DNA of 64,000 bases from Nitrospinaceae bacterium. Lineage in GTDB: Bacteria > Nitrospinota > Nitrospinia > Nitrospinales > Nitrospinaceae. The translations under genes were made by a program, and so were the position numbers. The notes below the pieces were generated by a model that was not told the DNA's origin, did no database searches, and was given only the letters and a program-made list of their open reading frames with translations. Location: positions 960,001-1,024,000 of the forward strand of contig OZ250172.1 of NCBI GenBank assembly GCA_965237905.1, read 5' to 3'. This document shows, piece by piece, positions 30,001-33,029 of this stretch. The stretch's first letter is position 1. Every line of letters starts with the position of its first letter.

Positions 30001-33000
30001 GGGTCGGTAACGGGCACTTTGGATTGGTTGGCAAAAGCCAATAGTTCAGCCAATACTTGTTTTTCGGCGTCATTCAGCGGACCGGTGGCAGCTTGGATCG
30101 CTGCCACGTCGTTAATTTGAATATCCACGTCCATCCCGGATTTATGTTCTCTATCGCCAGGGTCATGGTTAGGAAAGTCGTCTTTGGGGTCATTAGGGTC
30201 GTCGACGGTGTGCCCATTTTCGCTGATGGCCAGGATGGTCTGGGTTTCCAGAACGCTGGCCGTTGCCGTTTTAATCAGGTCAATCAACCAGCTAGTACCA
30301 TAACGTAATTTGGTCGGCGTAGTCCCATCACTCTCTACGGCAATGGCGAAATTGCCTTTACCGTCATCCACCAACTCCGTCCAACGGGGAGCATTGGCCG
30401 CGTTCAGCCACGCATGCGTGAGCAAGGTCCGGTCCACCCTGCCGTCTTCAGTCGCCGGATCTCCGGCGTCTGTTCCTGTCTGCACGTCATGGATCGCGGA
30501 CTGAAACAGTTTAATGGCCTCAATGGTTTTGGGTCCCACAACTCCATCCACTGCGAGCGGATTCCCATCTGCGTCCGGATACCCAAGATAGGCCAACCGT
30601 TGCTGGACCTGAAACACGTTCAAAACGAAATCCGTTCCGTTGGCACCGACACTATCCAGCTCATCCGGTAGATGATCTTCCATTTTAATTTCATTGAAAC
30701 CATCTGAAATATCAATGGCTATCGTCTGTGTCTCGTCATCAACCACCACGTTTAATAATGTGGTTAATCCTTTGAAATCGGTTTGCAGTGCTGTGACATC
30801 CGGAACAAAATACAGTTTACCGGAATCCTGAAACCAATCCTTCACTCCGACCAATTTTTCAAAGTCAACCAGAAAGGATTCGCTTGTGGTTAGAGACGCG
30901 ATCTCAGATGCATACGCATTGCCGCCAAGTCTGGCAACAGCGTGCAAGATACGCATGGTGGACTCAAGCTCTTCCAAGGTCAAAGTACCCGTATCGCCAT
31001 CAAAATTCTCAAAAATACCGTCTCTTGCAACGATTGCTGAATCGATCATATCTGTTGTTGATTCATCGGCCACATCCTGCCAAAAAACGCTGTCGTAACT
31101 GAGGCTGGCCCGGGCCGTTGCTTCCCAATCCGGTCCGCGTCCCATTAATTCCCCAAAGAAGATCCGGCCGCCGGGTACCGCAACCGGAGTTGTTGTATCT
31201 CCTGTAATGACGTCAAACGTTGCACCTGGGTAAACTTTCGAAAGATCCAACTCGATCACATCACCGACTTTCCCCTCATCAAACAAAGGGATAAATCGCA
31301 CATTGTCGATTGTTACGCTGGCAGCAATGCCATCTGCTTCGTTGACAACCGTATTTGGATCGTCAGCCCTATCCGTAAGCTCAAAAGTAAGATTATGCAC
31401 TTTGTTGAGCAGATCCTCGGGGATCAACACAAACTTCCCAGTCAGCCCATCATTGCTGGCGAGAGACAAATCAATTTCCGCAACGATATTTTTTCGTCCG
31501 AAGGAGTCCAGGCTTACCTTCAACAGATCAGTCGTCGGGTCTCCAAGCAAGTGCATATCGAAGGCAAGCATAACGTTGTCCGGAAAATACATCCAGTTAT
31601 GGGTGCGGTCTACATGTCCAGGGGTAAACTCTCCATCGGACAATAGAACAGAATGATCCGCCGGCGTTAAAATATCTCCTTCACCACCCCCGCCATAATG
31701 GGACCAGCCAGGTTGTTGAAAACCGTCCTCGTTGGAATTTGTAGGAGTTTCAGGGTTGAAATGCTGAAAATCGCCATTGACGATCTCAAAGGGAGTCCAG
31801 GACGGTTTCCACTTGGCTTTGGCAAGCCCATCTTTTGTCAGCGTTGAGAGATCGAAGTTTGCTATATCTGCGGTATCGATGCCTGCGATACCCGCGATGT
31901 TGGCTACGCCGGCGGCATCCGATATAAAACGCGGGGTATGCCCGTGATCTTGATTGGGAGGAGGAGGAAGAAGAGGAGGAGAGGGAGGAGGAGGATCAAA
32001 GAAATTATCCATTGGTGGCCTGTCTGCTTTACCTCCGGCCAATCGGCTTAACTGATAACCCTTTCCAGCAAAGTAAGTGCTGGCAGATTGAGTTACTCCA
32101 TTAACAACTTCAACAAAATCCAATGGAGCTTCAAACTCTTCATCCGAGGTGCTGGAGTCTCTATCCGTATCGCCCTCGAAATCACCGTCATTAAACGTCA
32201 GTCTGTCAGGGGCTATAGAACCCAGGTAATATCCGTTCCATGTCCAACTATGGTCCGAACCAGAGTCCGGCAATTCCCCGCCAGGGCCAGCATCCAGCCA
32301 TACGTTATAGGCTCCGGGAATGGGCCTACCCAAAGGATCAAAAACATCAGGTATTACGCTGCCGACTCGCTGTCCTCTGGTTTCATAATAAACATCGGCA
32401 AAATTGACGTTATCCCAGATCGTTACCCCATACCCACCTTCAGTTCCAGCAGGGTCTTGCGGCAGGCCCAGGTCGAATTGTCTTGTAGCTGCATCAATGG
32501 TGTCAGTAAACTCTTGCTCAAAGTCATGGGGATCCATGAAAGTGGCATGATCCACCTGAATGTCGTAAAAGGCTAGACGCTCGATAACCTCACTGTTAAC
32601 CGCGGCTCCGAAACTGTGGGCGATAAAATGCAGAGGAACTGTATTTCCTTTTTTACCGGTAGTAGGATCGATGATACCGAAGTTAACCAGTTGACTGAAC
32701 AAGGCATCAGCCGCGGTCTCTGCAAAACCTGGTGCTGCCTCATTAGACGCGCCAGCCCAGTCCCAAAGCAGAATCAGCTCACCCTTGGACGGGTCAGCCA
32801 GTGTGGGCAATGCTGAATCCTCAGGATCAAACCAAGCAATCCCATCGTCGCCATCAGGTATATCGAGATCAATCAACCAGCTTTGCCCCGGCAGGCCGTG
32901 GATGGCCTGAGCTATCGGAAGAAGCGAGTCCCCATCCGAGCCGAGCACTTGAAAGCCATGGGTGACAATCGTGACTCCGCTGAATTCGATCTTCAGTGCT

Positions 33001-33029
33001 TTGAGTAAAGTGCTTATATTAGGAAGCAT
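1..33029 (-). CDS. Giant RTX/adhesin-like multidomain exoprotein, main 3' segment (>11,000 aa, runs off the left edge)
   Basis: Not in the ORF track. The frame starting at ATG 33029 gives sensible protein at every spot I translated: 32.6 kb VPLHFIAHSFG, 30 kb QVLAELLAF, 20 kb YISRSAPVNARG, 7.2 kb DDVAPEDAFD, 0.4 kb HEIGHYLGLDH, 1-60 DVEPDEDVYALLDLEDEDF. The track lists no long closed minus-strand ORF here, which fits no in-frame stop. Not every codon was checked. Confidence 0.9.
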   Translation of the reverse strand, partial: MLPNISTLLKALKIEFSGVTIVTHGFQVLGSDGDSLLPIAQAIHGLPGQSWLIDLDIPDGDDGIAWFDPEDSALPTLADPSKGELILLWDWAGASNEAAPGFAETAADALFSQLVNFGIIDPTTGKKGNTVPLHFIAHSFGAAVNSEVIERLAFYDIQVDHATFMDPHDFEQEFTDTIDAATRQFDLGLPQDPAGTEGGYGVTIWDNVNFADVYYETRGQRVGSVIPDVFDPLGRPIPGAYNVWLDAGPGGELPDSGSDHSWTWNGYYLGSIAPDRLTFNDGDFEGDTDRDSSTSDEEFEAPLDFVEVVNGVTQSASTYFAGKGYQLSRLAGGKADRPPMDNFFDPPPPSPPLLPPPPNQDHGHTPRFISDAAGVANIAGIAGIDTADIANFDLSTLTKDGLAKAKWKPSWTPFEIVNGDFQHFNPETPTNSNEDGFQQPGWSHYGGGGEGDILTPADHSVLLSDGEFTPGHVDRTHNWMYFPDNVMLAFDMHLLGDPTTDLLKVSLDSFGRKNIVAEIDLSLASNDGLTGKFVLIPEDLLNKVHNLTFELTDRADDPNTVVNEADGIAASVTIDNVRFIPLFDEGKVGDVIELDLSKVYPGATFDVITGDTTTPVAVPGGRIFFGELMGRGPDWEATARASLSYDSVFWQDVADESTTDMIDSAIVARDGIFENFDGDTGTLTLEELESTMRILHAVARLGGNAYASEIASLTTSESFLVDFEKLVGVKDWFQDSGKLYFVPDVTALQTDFKGLTTLLNVVVDDETQTIAIDISDGFNEIKMEDHLPDELDSVGANGTDFVLNVFQVQQRLAYLGYPDADGNPLAVDGVVGPKTIEAIKLFQSAIHDVQTGTDAGDPATEDGRVDRTLLTHAWLNAANAPRWTELVDDGKGNFAIAVESDGTTPTKLRYGTSWLIDLIKTATASVLETQTILAISENGHTVDDPNDPKDDFPNHDPGDREHKSGMDVDIQINDVAAIQAATGPLNDAEKQVLAELLAFANQSKVPVTDPNQQPVASVVRIKIAYQRIVDEFNKQFPGIAQVDEAFTTFYQIEIGAPSKPVELPAAAKEVIQQGANELGIVSRTITGNPVVNKAIGGLKGRLGTLNGFVHNSPGPDLGDFLQFGQPILAYFDRVVSFDENPTYFGINQTIEDYITRLWADAEEGLSNIGITVSGGLTTSNIVEFDINFSLGKNIDYQLDLSGLLPFMDSSDNKVDLGLSVNLDAQLSLRLDLNDFFEDPDANPLTLDDMFIEVGFIELNARVGAGNLNFSADLDVIELGIKDALAQFNFTAGVALTDLTPEDGRLTITDIINDDVDVAVTVTGALDILLPIVATSEIGNTEIEATATIAITDDNVFDDTPATFTATGSVTLDEIVVGDFLKIDKPRVDFKLESGNQIIELNAAGASINIFDTITASITDSDLDGNAISGSFDLDTNILRLTADKVDFTVENLLTANASTVVITYDSNAPPEQEVLGIVEDLSVTLLPFDTTLDVSFIPDLEIIAAGAGLQQVQRSLSVRNNGFTLGKIEKNFGTFNLGSFLTLTDLTVFAERIDYTAGGPFSTKLGLTADPVTLDILGVITATASDFVASYDIGTAVFEMNFTRLDLNVDVAGVPFLTAFGTDVDLMYDFNTEILDLSMDQLNLDVLGVFTATSGAVKLTFDPSIAGSQKFGFIKDLAVLIDVGFGEFNLFTLDSLLLFSDTVWAVHGLNYYNLSVEADRDRFLNDILSLPADDIATLSQTIIEDGFGIVTENFLTISAPTFLGPDHEKIIDLLALPAELDVIVDLGERVDELTVVGDIDLGDKNLFLFAETILFDPGSSIVTFGDVNINAASRIDISQKDIVELLASILAFAPGSSVTLNYETIKQILLGTSTASVDSSGASISGANVTLSAISTVTGISEHFLPVDTEDLGFELKFPGFAVALAIAQSSAQVITGGASITSSEDLKIMSTSNVDVSALAEADESDNDLGLNATFAFSFLTSDALTYVDESTTLSANGSLEISAINTVSVKTTADGMPSGSTGSVGGSVAVAFVDVETTARIEDSVLIASQPSEIAINAQTDLSVDTKSIATPGGSTGNGAETQSEVQNNGGKTSDGDLQIAAAISLNIVNADTLAQIDSPTTAPPGFLAVENPIAVSGQSKLAVAANADGSTVSGGGDGVGVGVAINVGDISTKALISGQIDSGSVEISASTLAKDEKSAFSAKAVSGAGASDVGVAGSFALNTVTVVTEALISGTVSSGDQNVSINADSSVSVDTSAKAKTEGAGESVGVGGSVALSIVDLLTRAEIEDNATLINVGDLSLNSKTTPKVTTLAEAGVAGGSTSIGGAVAITIADVDTFARVGTFVGPMALSGTLLVEAAQDEGTVSTTADGTVTGASSVGVGAALALTLGKDLVGATVWRSTVATGTGESKISSRVVGRRESTAKGSVAGTSSQANNEGSANAQIGKQRVFGQQQVVNLGSTAGSGSAQTPGAGSSEGPIGVGAAVGVTIADISSAATVMSDVSVGGSLTVESSANADVITTADASATETSIGIGAAAAINLADVSNTAYIPALINVESRALTVGATMASRSDETTAAHTLTAKATSGAGAQTVGVAGSFALNSIDVITEAYVADGATVVGGDVSLIAEASVSAEAMAKAKTEGAGGTAGVGAGVALNIVDLLTRAEIEDNATLTNVGDLSLKATTTPKITTLAEAGASGANVSVGGAVAITIADVETFSRVGTFAGPMALSGTLSVEAAQDEGTVSTTADGTITGASSVGVGAALALTLGKDLVGATVWRSTVATGTGESKISSRVVGRRESIAKASAAGTSSQANNEGSANAQIGKQRVFGQEQSADAGSAAGNDSPTTPNADSSGGPIGIGAAVGVTIADISSAATVLSDLSVGGSLAVESSANADVITTADASVTKTNIGIGAAAAINLADVSNTAYIPALINVESKALTVGATMASRSDETTAVHTLTAKATSGAGAQDSSVGVAGAYAQNFVDNLTEAVIQTGADVDAGGGAVTLQAENITNHTAVATSATGGDVGVGASVALNILDTNITRAEIMDGAGLTGAGDVLVSATAGHTVTTTTKAGATGGNVSISPSAAIAIVDNDTIARIGIGTTALDASGTVGVNALHSSSVTTLSDGSVVGEVGVGVAVAVTDANDIVMAELTRELWAGGAVTITAHSAALTSTRAKAAAKGAPSSGGNDANTEADNQMGHGRALTTEGSTGNDAPDATSSDGAGGSEDVGVAAAVAVNLADSETRAKLSDNVYGATGSGSASGQLTVQTAGDTDASATADSSAVAGVGIGAAVAINVVGLTTEAMIGASSTVEATGVDVGALMNTTGDTTHKFGATATSGAGAPDSSVGVAGAFALNNVDNRTEAVIQTGADVDAGGGAVTLQAENTTDHTVEATSATGGDVGVGASVALNILDINITRAEIMDGAGLTGAGDVLVSTTAGHTVTTTTEAGAADGSIAISPSTAISIVDNDTTARIGTGTTALDASGTVGVNALHNSSITTTVGADVAADSVGVGASVGINIVDETIDAIVARSISASGAIDILAESAITSEVIAKAGAGGNSSSARNSDDEADGQVNDNSLTNDGGLGRTLPSAGGEITSASATADSESGNSSSSVGVAAAVAVNVVDVSNTASIISGADIDTAGAVRVSAMAEVDATAKALGGSISLESGSINVAAAVALNVATVENRAFIDSGSLVEGNGIIIEALTTGAERNEFIAWGASASGGKSDVGVAGSVGINVVDFSTEASARDGSILKSESTLKVDAETDIGLQTLAAGGGFSTDGTAVGASVAVTVLEGVGGDPMTTAYIAGNADAADTMSVTAETDLAPITFTQTLLGETDIVDFMSMAIAGGATQGQTGVGAAVVVNVFDLTTTAYIDDGSMINKDAIISPKGSVIVQATSTTDIVSVAGALGLSTDAAGVGLGLDVAVIDKDTRAYIGSGAQVESDGNIEIDANSNEDILSIAANAGIAGTTGVAGSVSVQVVNIDTRAYIDSTPLAMTTVHAEGDIAISADNTADITMIAGAVGVGDSTGVGASNTTLVKTNTIVASIGQGADIVSMGAQGVSVLATSSEDVLTTVVAGASSSSVAVAGAVTVITLNTTTQAFITGATVVADANVKVSADSEAIFKTIIGNIAISADSVGVGASLSTVIHTDRTEAFIDDASVVTAKGLGGTVSVLTGERSGDTKVLEDMHGVAVVANSYEDLLTITAGAANGAEVGVDGSIIVNNLDETTLAYIGQGTQINLPGMGAGVNQDVLVRASDETEIIAVAGGIQFGGSAGVGAGLDFGTITKNTQAYISRSAPVNARGDIVIDANSEEDITSVAANFGASNLAGIAFSGSEYTLDTSTRAYIDSAPLAITTVHAEGDIAISADGKADISMTAGSVGIGDSAGIGAANTTLIKTDTVEAFVGQNADIVSMGAQGLSVLATSSEDILSIAAAGAGSTTAGIAGSATINLLTENTYAYIGDHAVINATSADDSAPNVTVKASSNTDVLGFAGAASLSSSVAVGAGVDTAVINKDTQAYIAAAANVTADGNVIVEALSTEDLASFSVAGAASGSVGVIISAAVYHLTTTTRAYIGNDGPLGLSSVDITNVHADGSVIVSADTSTEMDLIAGNLVGAGSVGVGAAGAVAIVDKTTEAFIGSLAQVTGKGQQPAVSARTGVFGDAVFIPTPELQGEVGETITFNEIPGTDVDGNLNPDTITRDVGNWETDGFAIGDTISIEGSSNAGSYLIADITDAGQTLVLDPSQVLTTETIAVDDNALVIVRLSSADGEVDPVGESANSDASFTGDRTIDPGRADLQGVAITATNRDDLETYGVSLAGSGTAAVAIGGSSNIIETNTRAFIGAQAQINADLSGASTGQDVLVAAANDFYHLGFGAGVALAGTGTGAPGVEISLIKNNVDAYIGSGALVQANNDVIVSAVGSEDFLVITAGVAVGGVVGIAGGVGYLSIENTTKAHIDSNATVYAEGDVLVTASDTTNIDAIAGAVGVGIAAAGAAGSVGTVNITKDTQAFIGVDAIINANGHGTGFSDIYSGDISGSNFDTETMNGVAVQAHSSEDVFTLAVAGGVGLYFGLAGGLLTTLIDSDTTASIGDRALINTDRSSKFQRLPNETLTFTENPGTDVDGNLINPDTITRSIGSWETDGFAIGDTISVDGEVSPNSGTYTIADIIDGGQTLVLEIDQELFNETITVGEEAPVITRVTADPSPTFVRSTDETLTFVESTDTSPDTITRDAGSWENDGFRIGDTISVSGQNSPNAGTHKIADITDGGQTLVLESAGVLVSETIAIGEDAPTIVRFTTDIGGSADQGVNVSATNFTSVETFAGALAGGVAGLAGGIDMGNIKNDTSASIGENAEVLASVDVDVNALSIKELDTLSISGALGIVGLAGSINIWSIGTAFDSTYENNQETDGNGDKVLQSASASEGDGSGEGSNTGEGEADGQSAGATSLLADSLNVGSTAPAQTVSAMGDASARLNADGSGAGDLEAKIGEVVATPPGVSATVGSGTMIVALDDVEVRAIEKMTVDVVAGAFAVGIVGFGAGIVVLNVRSTTIASISGEVMAGDDVLVRAQLIDDVEGLGFAGAFGYVGLGAAVTVIKDNSSQFASIGDGGAIHIADTVTIEALDSRTIKGDAAQIAGGLAAIGASYVKITVSGSTHAFLGNGVQIGQLFDNAVNDVVIRADSDIDPTIKAFGLAGGVGAGTINFGFVVMRPDVQAFIGDFSRVTVNRDVLVRADFDTKARADGKGVAVGGFAAGFMVANINLGGGDGVEASVRQGSVVDARFLQIGAISRDDLEADTFAGKGGVVAISGSFSGIDSDLAAVAKIGNDVQVNTDALEISSFHEQDVDSRSDSVTIAAGSGTGAVTDNKVTSKANVDIGTGVTVNTGSLRITAINELTKNKFEGGNLRSETAALSGAIDFLSSTTDIGTGADKFQAVVNIGTGSHLIANGVLEVATRINVEAIDSVLVEGISGVSGNSFAKSTVNINSLANVAVDGAILENLGGDVQLSAKSEVVNVASANLFVASGLSGSASGDANAITRAENRVDVHNSQIKGNDVNLFTGKGGALLSGNLMFSFANATITTASLLPSITRPKLRAEIDENNLVNVTGNTQLEAFQDVNLVANPDLFPFAKTDGQALSLSLIPYGMSIPDTGVVKGVSKVNIDPTATVKAGSNNKIIVQIKSFEFQGNPVIPGIDTSLLGTELTTQQKIDFGLPAELENVPYEFAALGADNIVLSINQGTIVRVVAGSTNGIEGNYYQYRPVTDHSSDAVLLEQENYFDTSRWRNLGVLTADEILIEETTGNPIYDSDITLQLGAALENKFYVVKPVQMEDLRLTYANVGNLLIEEYEKILGWIVNHDGDDEALARYAVQLLAVETALIKLGLFATEEVEGEEKLGINAELDTLFLELPNIEASPGSVFIESPDSASDAFGDIVGTQILAGAGAQISIFNETPFSMIVNDTFIRDNKRITIDDNGNFQLLEPGNVYLNNQPVFPSDLTPEELEAFKAEIEFLNLQNKTITIVQNLLGLITDYDTEGFLLPSVEQDLFIRGDVINEDGTIEIQNAEASISVSGEIRGEQVVIGAAGDFTLNAEDWLHTNRDPRQYIDYDRVREQVFNSAKPDFPAPPDPDSTFRFGSLNDVLATTATLVREVFVDNDGGNGGGFFGSFTFGSVYKYVGAGAASVLLNAVDYAGDPNWKLLEPGDDGFVDFSSSSPKNNRYLSNFGTGFLNFFLRQNPVVQVTPLATLADAINEDASDVRSPDDLNVRKDPTSASKILSQGRISITARFLNVNGLIQSGTDVIEMDIAADFVGPTQTTNFRDSSGNFLPGISFGADGVPIDGYWDAQRQAIVLEELVPQGGEIIIAGQIMSTGNGQLKVASGFTGVDIDNNSPFQLVVNRIDTTEDRVGKITIIDTDLLEKTVYELSGGQITETHFNGTAIVNPPPGELAEEDYEDGFIPRIDYIQEGVDIQHAIGQDIKYQLEDGLRYVWTEGQERTNVDRRVYQEKSFGLLPGIQVDFLVKDRGWQSRTIVDRDNDFLLESESLEEKNGDGIPGYVEDGDAYTIALRRINDITVDIDTGALVKDMRPDVGTGLIYRYIPQLKPIDVELNTIDFPSNPDWEELSPQEQIDLDFEESDPGKNEFLSDFINVRVTQFGPHVSGGGYLRTLTVTTIIRIETGIKDFFTHTLEADHPIDIVFTGGAAVPDITIESLGDIFIQGHLEAPDSGNVHLTSGGSISQAEGVGIFSAATNLNAGVVFNSPASVADPDATLVLVVVGNTGIPVNALSTGDIIINVFSEDNDHNSVVIGQVTSIFGNVTVNARHGVTMFDSSSFIRGERVELRVDEGAIGTASQAIRIDSNTHGFGGVAARALGDINIVEILSDPTEISDDPQIPDDLNLLQPEAIPDAEASIHSLTGDVRLETLSGSILDNFTELFNLSGSIDADNLNPLQQQLVNDNTFTLDAFRFPVSPGLYKTLFPLAEFLGEEQETSAPETLNIKGANVTLIAGGAEAEAQIGRVEAITTIVFKQTSPDQPFDYSALSTAEKELLSRATANDIVGVNYELFRYIGTADLDVNLIHVEVIPDVTLVKDLNTGTVYRYIGATAIQISLRDVDYANDVNWVDASDMSHPSWIDTSNINAIPNVTLVNHEGVVFEYIGAETEIFLSQTDFTDITLWMEATLVDPVTFEQNPVENRYFSNFKNIDPTIFVQDVDNDRFLSDYLNQDRFSDTSLWQKITPDFVTSVDSTGLVNTGNTVLVEFDADVYGVYEFLGTSGSINFANQDYNDGTRWQKLVAEHATDDNTVATIMAGDLVLNKFVVESLTLELSDDVDFEATSSLTVDAFDGVSLETPADVMIQHIIAGGDVRLESQGNITDLHDTGTLAAISSFGNLTLGASGFIQGDDGTSPFRIQLSPSSALRAIAGGEVDIVQVAEDVTINSIFQEISDLFVSRVDAGGSATIEVIEGNMIVGRVSSDVSVDLIADDSILDAFEDSGAPIVNVFTGNVTSPATGDVTLTAGGDIGIASNFLDVEIRLGDLDAFAGRDIFIHSPRTLNIRELKSDSGDVALDVEGDALIDQITALMGTVAVRADLSIVDRRSDSTSNIDANTIVLNAEAGTVGTSNPNPFEINSSHLIGGTVTVEAFGEIFLIETDDGLIETDDDMVINTIVSETDDVTLETVNGSILDGNLLFALGIEGLTLADFNITAPLDPEDLNISAININMTAQNGSIGTSGDAIEIDSSPILSTGHLNATATSDIYLTEVNGELNVGLVNSDQGDVGLNVRDSADTGEDLLMDPNARIFAVLGSVFLNAGDNAIFDLGSLVVSADEIILHGDIGDTGNNDADPTFIHILNTLDTDAIEIAGNREDDLIILEPEALTGYTHVLGDIDGLPGGRDTIILDQLPSITNSHDRPGDGVDGLVRDSVDLDGRGGYDTYIINTTGGLTDYRVNVLDTGLPNDGADTLTINGSDNSDIFLLRRVTEIIGQVADAPAFVTLIKGTLDEVLANSPDRPIEQERINYDENINGRLIVNSLGGDDYFASDDTTAIVTLDGGAGKDTFQIGQLYKTARVADDVAPEDAFDTVEATRGFLSRGVSLPMTIYGGSGEDQFSIYSNKAPLRLEGNDGNDTFVIRAFALVTGDGFTTEETTEIDTGLGEDTIQYNINAPVAIDGGGGFDTVVVVGTEFSDNFAITEDGVFGAGLFVRFDNIEAVQVDGVEGDDDFFVLSTPSGVVTTVIGGLGSDQFNVGSDVTQTIISRDPEGLSGVINHSISSTTDADYDQLLAPGIDLTIGTADQGKVIITESDGKTVVRESGMGALDDYTVRLASAPTENVYVTVSAARSASEDEDQGGDSILVSSDGTTFEEAVVLTFTSDNWMDDQIVSVKGIDDGFVEGERIYVVSHAMKSDDLFFNSNDQEFAISDVEVTVIDDDQAGLVFEQTGNKTQILEGNLMAPGNITGISDSYTLQLTRPPVAGETVTVSLDFDSTQFVLTNLMGDARFDTTTNTIVFDSTNMNPVEIGVEAVDDGVRENTLRLAITHNVTSTDTGFVVDGAPELEVIVVDNDTAGLLVTETDGSTLLFKADAANPAVSDSYDIRLTSAPVGEVVVSILTDGQTLISSDDIRFSGATGSLPPTVTFNASNWFDAVTLEVSVDPDFVPAPGAEFIKKFPVQPHTLAGIAGPLLIEGFFLEGANRSLVNPVMLPGESNIFPADGDVQDFTGTGESGAVDTMTVATADLEVARVRLGLATFSELVGLTLEISTGPGQGRFWEINAIDSVTTPGTSVLTLQNPTLLESAGFGDTVVPTSASTFAITDQSENFFVDENLQVDRTNIFNDGSVSDDTGVLDAVTVVNDVVSLAAPINLSGFGMGDNLTTDLGTPGDPSDDITFPGGITVDDLEVLEILLGTGNDLLTINDTLRNPALHGGLTLVHGGGNTETAPGVRGGDTIIINGGGGSASPLVVYGDTSQDGNRYRGQSGIVEQDSEENPLAIQFGNFGDDIIDASASILGLTIYGGLGDDAITGSQGGDHLAGGSGNDLFFGQDGVDHIYGDSGVNVDPLTNLLTIPTVNTSSFPNHDPLVVGDDVIHGGGGADIVFGDHGIITEVVPALKVFSTAYFQIAKIESAVLNEGGEDTIYGDSGADILIGGANSINTLGDRIDGGTDDDLIFGDNVVLEHRPETALVRDASPRVRALTGSLIYDENGDVLADRVTGFADPRISAPWAEFEITGLDHTKALQDADGTNFGNDYIAGGADDDTIFGQLGDDVIQGDGSIDGLVEGGIPVAASREVLPGGLTGALLVTASFEADSDGDDYIEGNAGTDVIFGNLGQDDIVGGNSNFFSLDTDEERPDAGDLLFGGAGIRINRNEYVEDRSTGDGSGAVDIALVDRHSRDSDMILGDNGNIFRLLDASGAPLSFNYDDGYGEQIVVRAAELLDYTPGGPDWDPGLIDNGAGDELHGESGDDFIYAQVGDDVVFGEGQDDDLFGGWGRDWISGGTGDDGVLGDDGRIFTSRNGTAEPLYGIAATIQEHIDTPGNVQQADIHVTGELKKSVDLTPFNPVAGGNELSDPQYADDIIYGGLGSDWQHGGSGDDAMSGAEALPEYYDLPFNPGDVLRYSMVTGEFAEYDEFEPRLEIFYGAQDGQDVVFNLPGGGQYILEANSPFILNFNEEEGIFRPAGATGGNQSIEYGPVHDDGDDKLFGDLGNDWIVGGTGRDNLYGGWGDDLHNADDDHTTNTILGVGQNDAPDTHPTYEDRAYGGAGRDRLIGNTGGDRLIDWAGEFNSYIVPFAPFGMGTVSRTLQPQLAEFLYALSESDGADFTRGGDPARNGEPDGELGLVRQQDFAWQDQTGAPDDPQPGNIPGGPRDVLRSASFDGTQGIIGTGFFVDSGVFEVSGGELKVAAESLDGDAVAVFHVGDQLPGYFELQASVKFDKATGGWDANAYVIFDYQNESDFKFVGIDDKINKLVMGHRDASGWHVDEQGVVQGGVRPDKWYNMLVAINGVNVTLVVDNTEVFQHTYAPRIVDDYSYGLNWGLVGMGSDNARGSFDNVRVQILPPQVTLDDTEDFEDGVPDLFTMGMIGAWDVVGGRYTVDPGLSLGMNLLDLGPDNLNFNSYLELSAAVNTVDQAGFIFDRYGDESFKYMAIDATTDQLIIGHYTKNSGWAEDATVTTLIEVNTDYTLGLTLKGTTVSATLNAAGNGGFQAIVGHVFNASTVDGHFGLMALGGNANFDDVRVKTDDRAFEVPEAALMAAESAGESTATSTLTHGQLEKIFDAAVTRWTGVGYIDQARLATLDDLEFYIADMAGLALGRSSGNRIFIDPNAAGHGWFVDETPDANEEFLLSSNGWVAKPNSAAYGKMDLLTAVSHEIGHYLGLDHDDATSDTSVMSDTLQSGSRYVGEESSYRHMGEDTLLSSAFFAAGSAFLEETLGLTGESEDEEDGSEETLALVFDEESGEFSESEATSDDDEWYIDNGDVEPDEDVYALLDLEDEDF
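270..560 (-). other. Metzincin (matrixin-like) Zn-protease domain within the giant protein
   Basis: AAGHGWFVDETP...MDLLTAVSHEIGHYLGLDHDDATSDTSVM: HExxHxxGxxH at 351-383 plus a downstream Met-turn candidate. Confidence 0.8.
830..1800 (-). other. Concanavalin-A/LamG-like beta-sandwich region (probably two domains)
   Basis: Beta-rich aromatic sequence (NAYVIFDYQ...WYNMLVAING...GLVGMGSDNARGSFDNVRV); fold inferred only. Confidence 0.45.
2150..7950 (-). repeat. RTX/hemolysin-type Ca-binding repeats with Calx-beta-like modules (~5600-6600)
   Basis: Dense GGxGxD/GDxG motifs; modules of the type DSYTLQLTRPP...VEAVDDG. Confidence 0.7.
14500..27500 (-). repeat. Ala/Gly/Val/Ser-rich beta-solenoid-like repeats (filamentous adhesin type)
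   Basis: Recurrent GVGASVAxN / AxI / small-residue motifs over ~13 kb. Confidence 0.6.
22500..26400 (-). repeat. Near-identical ~1.14-kb tandem duplications inside the giant gene
   Basis: Matching text at 22512 vs 23649 (offset 1137), and at 24139 vs 25282 and 24513 vs 25656 (offset 1143); both offsets are multiples of 3. Confidence 0.85.
29850..30660 (-). other. Peptidoglycan-binding domain plus MepA-like (LAS/M74-type) peptidase-like domain
   Basis: VFQVQQRLAYLGYPDADGNPLAVDGVVGPKTIEAIKLFQ (PG_binding_1 pattern), then RYGTSWLIDLI...ILAIS...HKSGMDVDI (motif at 30120-30146). Confidence 0.7.
32200..33000 (-). other. Alpha/beta-hydrolase (lipase/esterase-like) domain within the giant protein
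   Basis: VTIVTHGFQ; LLWDWAG; nucleophile elbow HFIAHSFG (32607-32621); TFMDPHD; candidate catalytic His in GSDHS (~32250). Confidence 0.8.
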
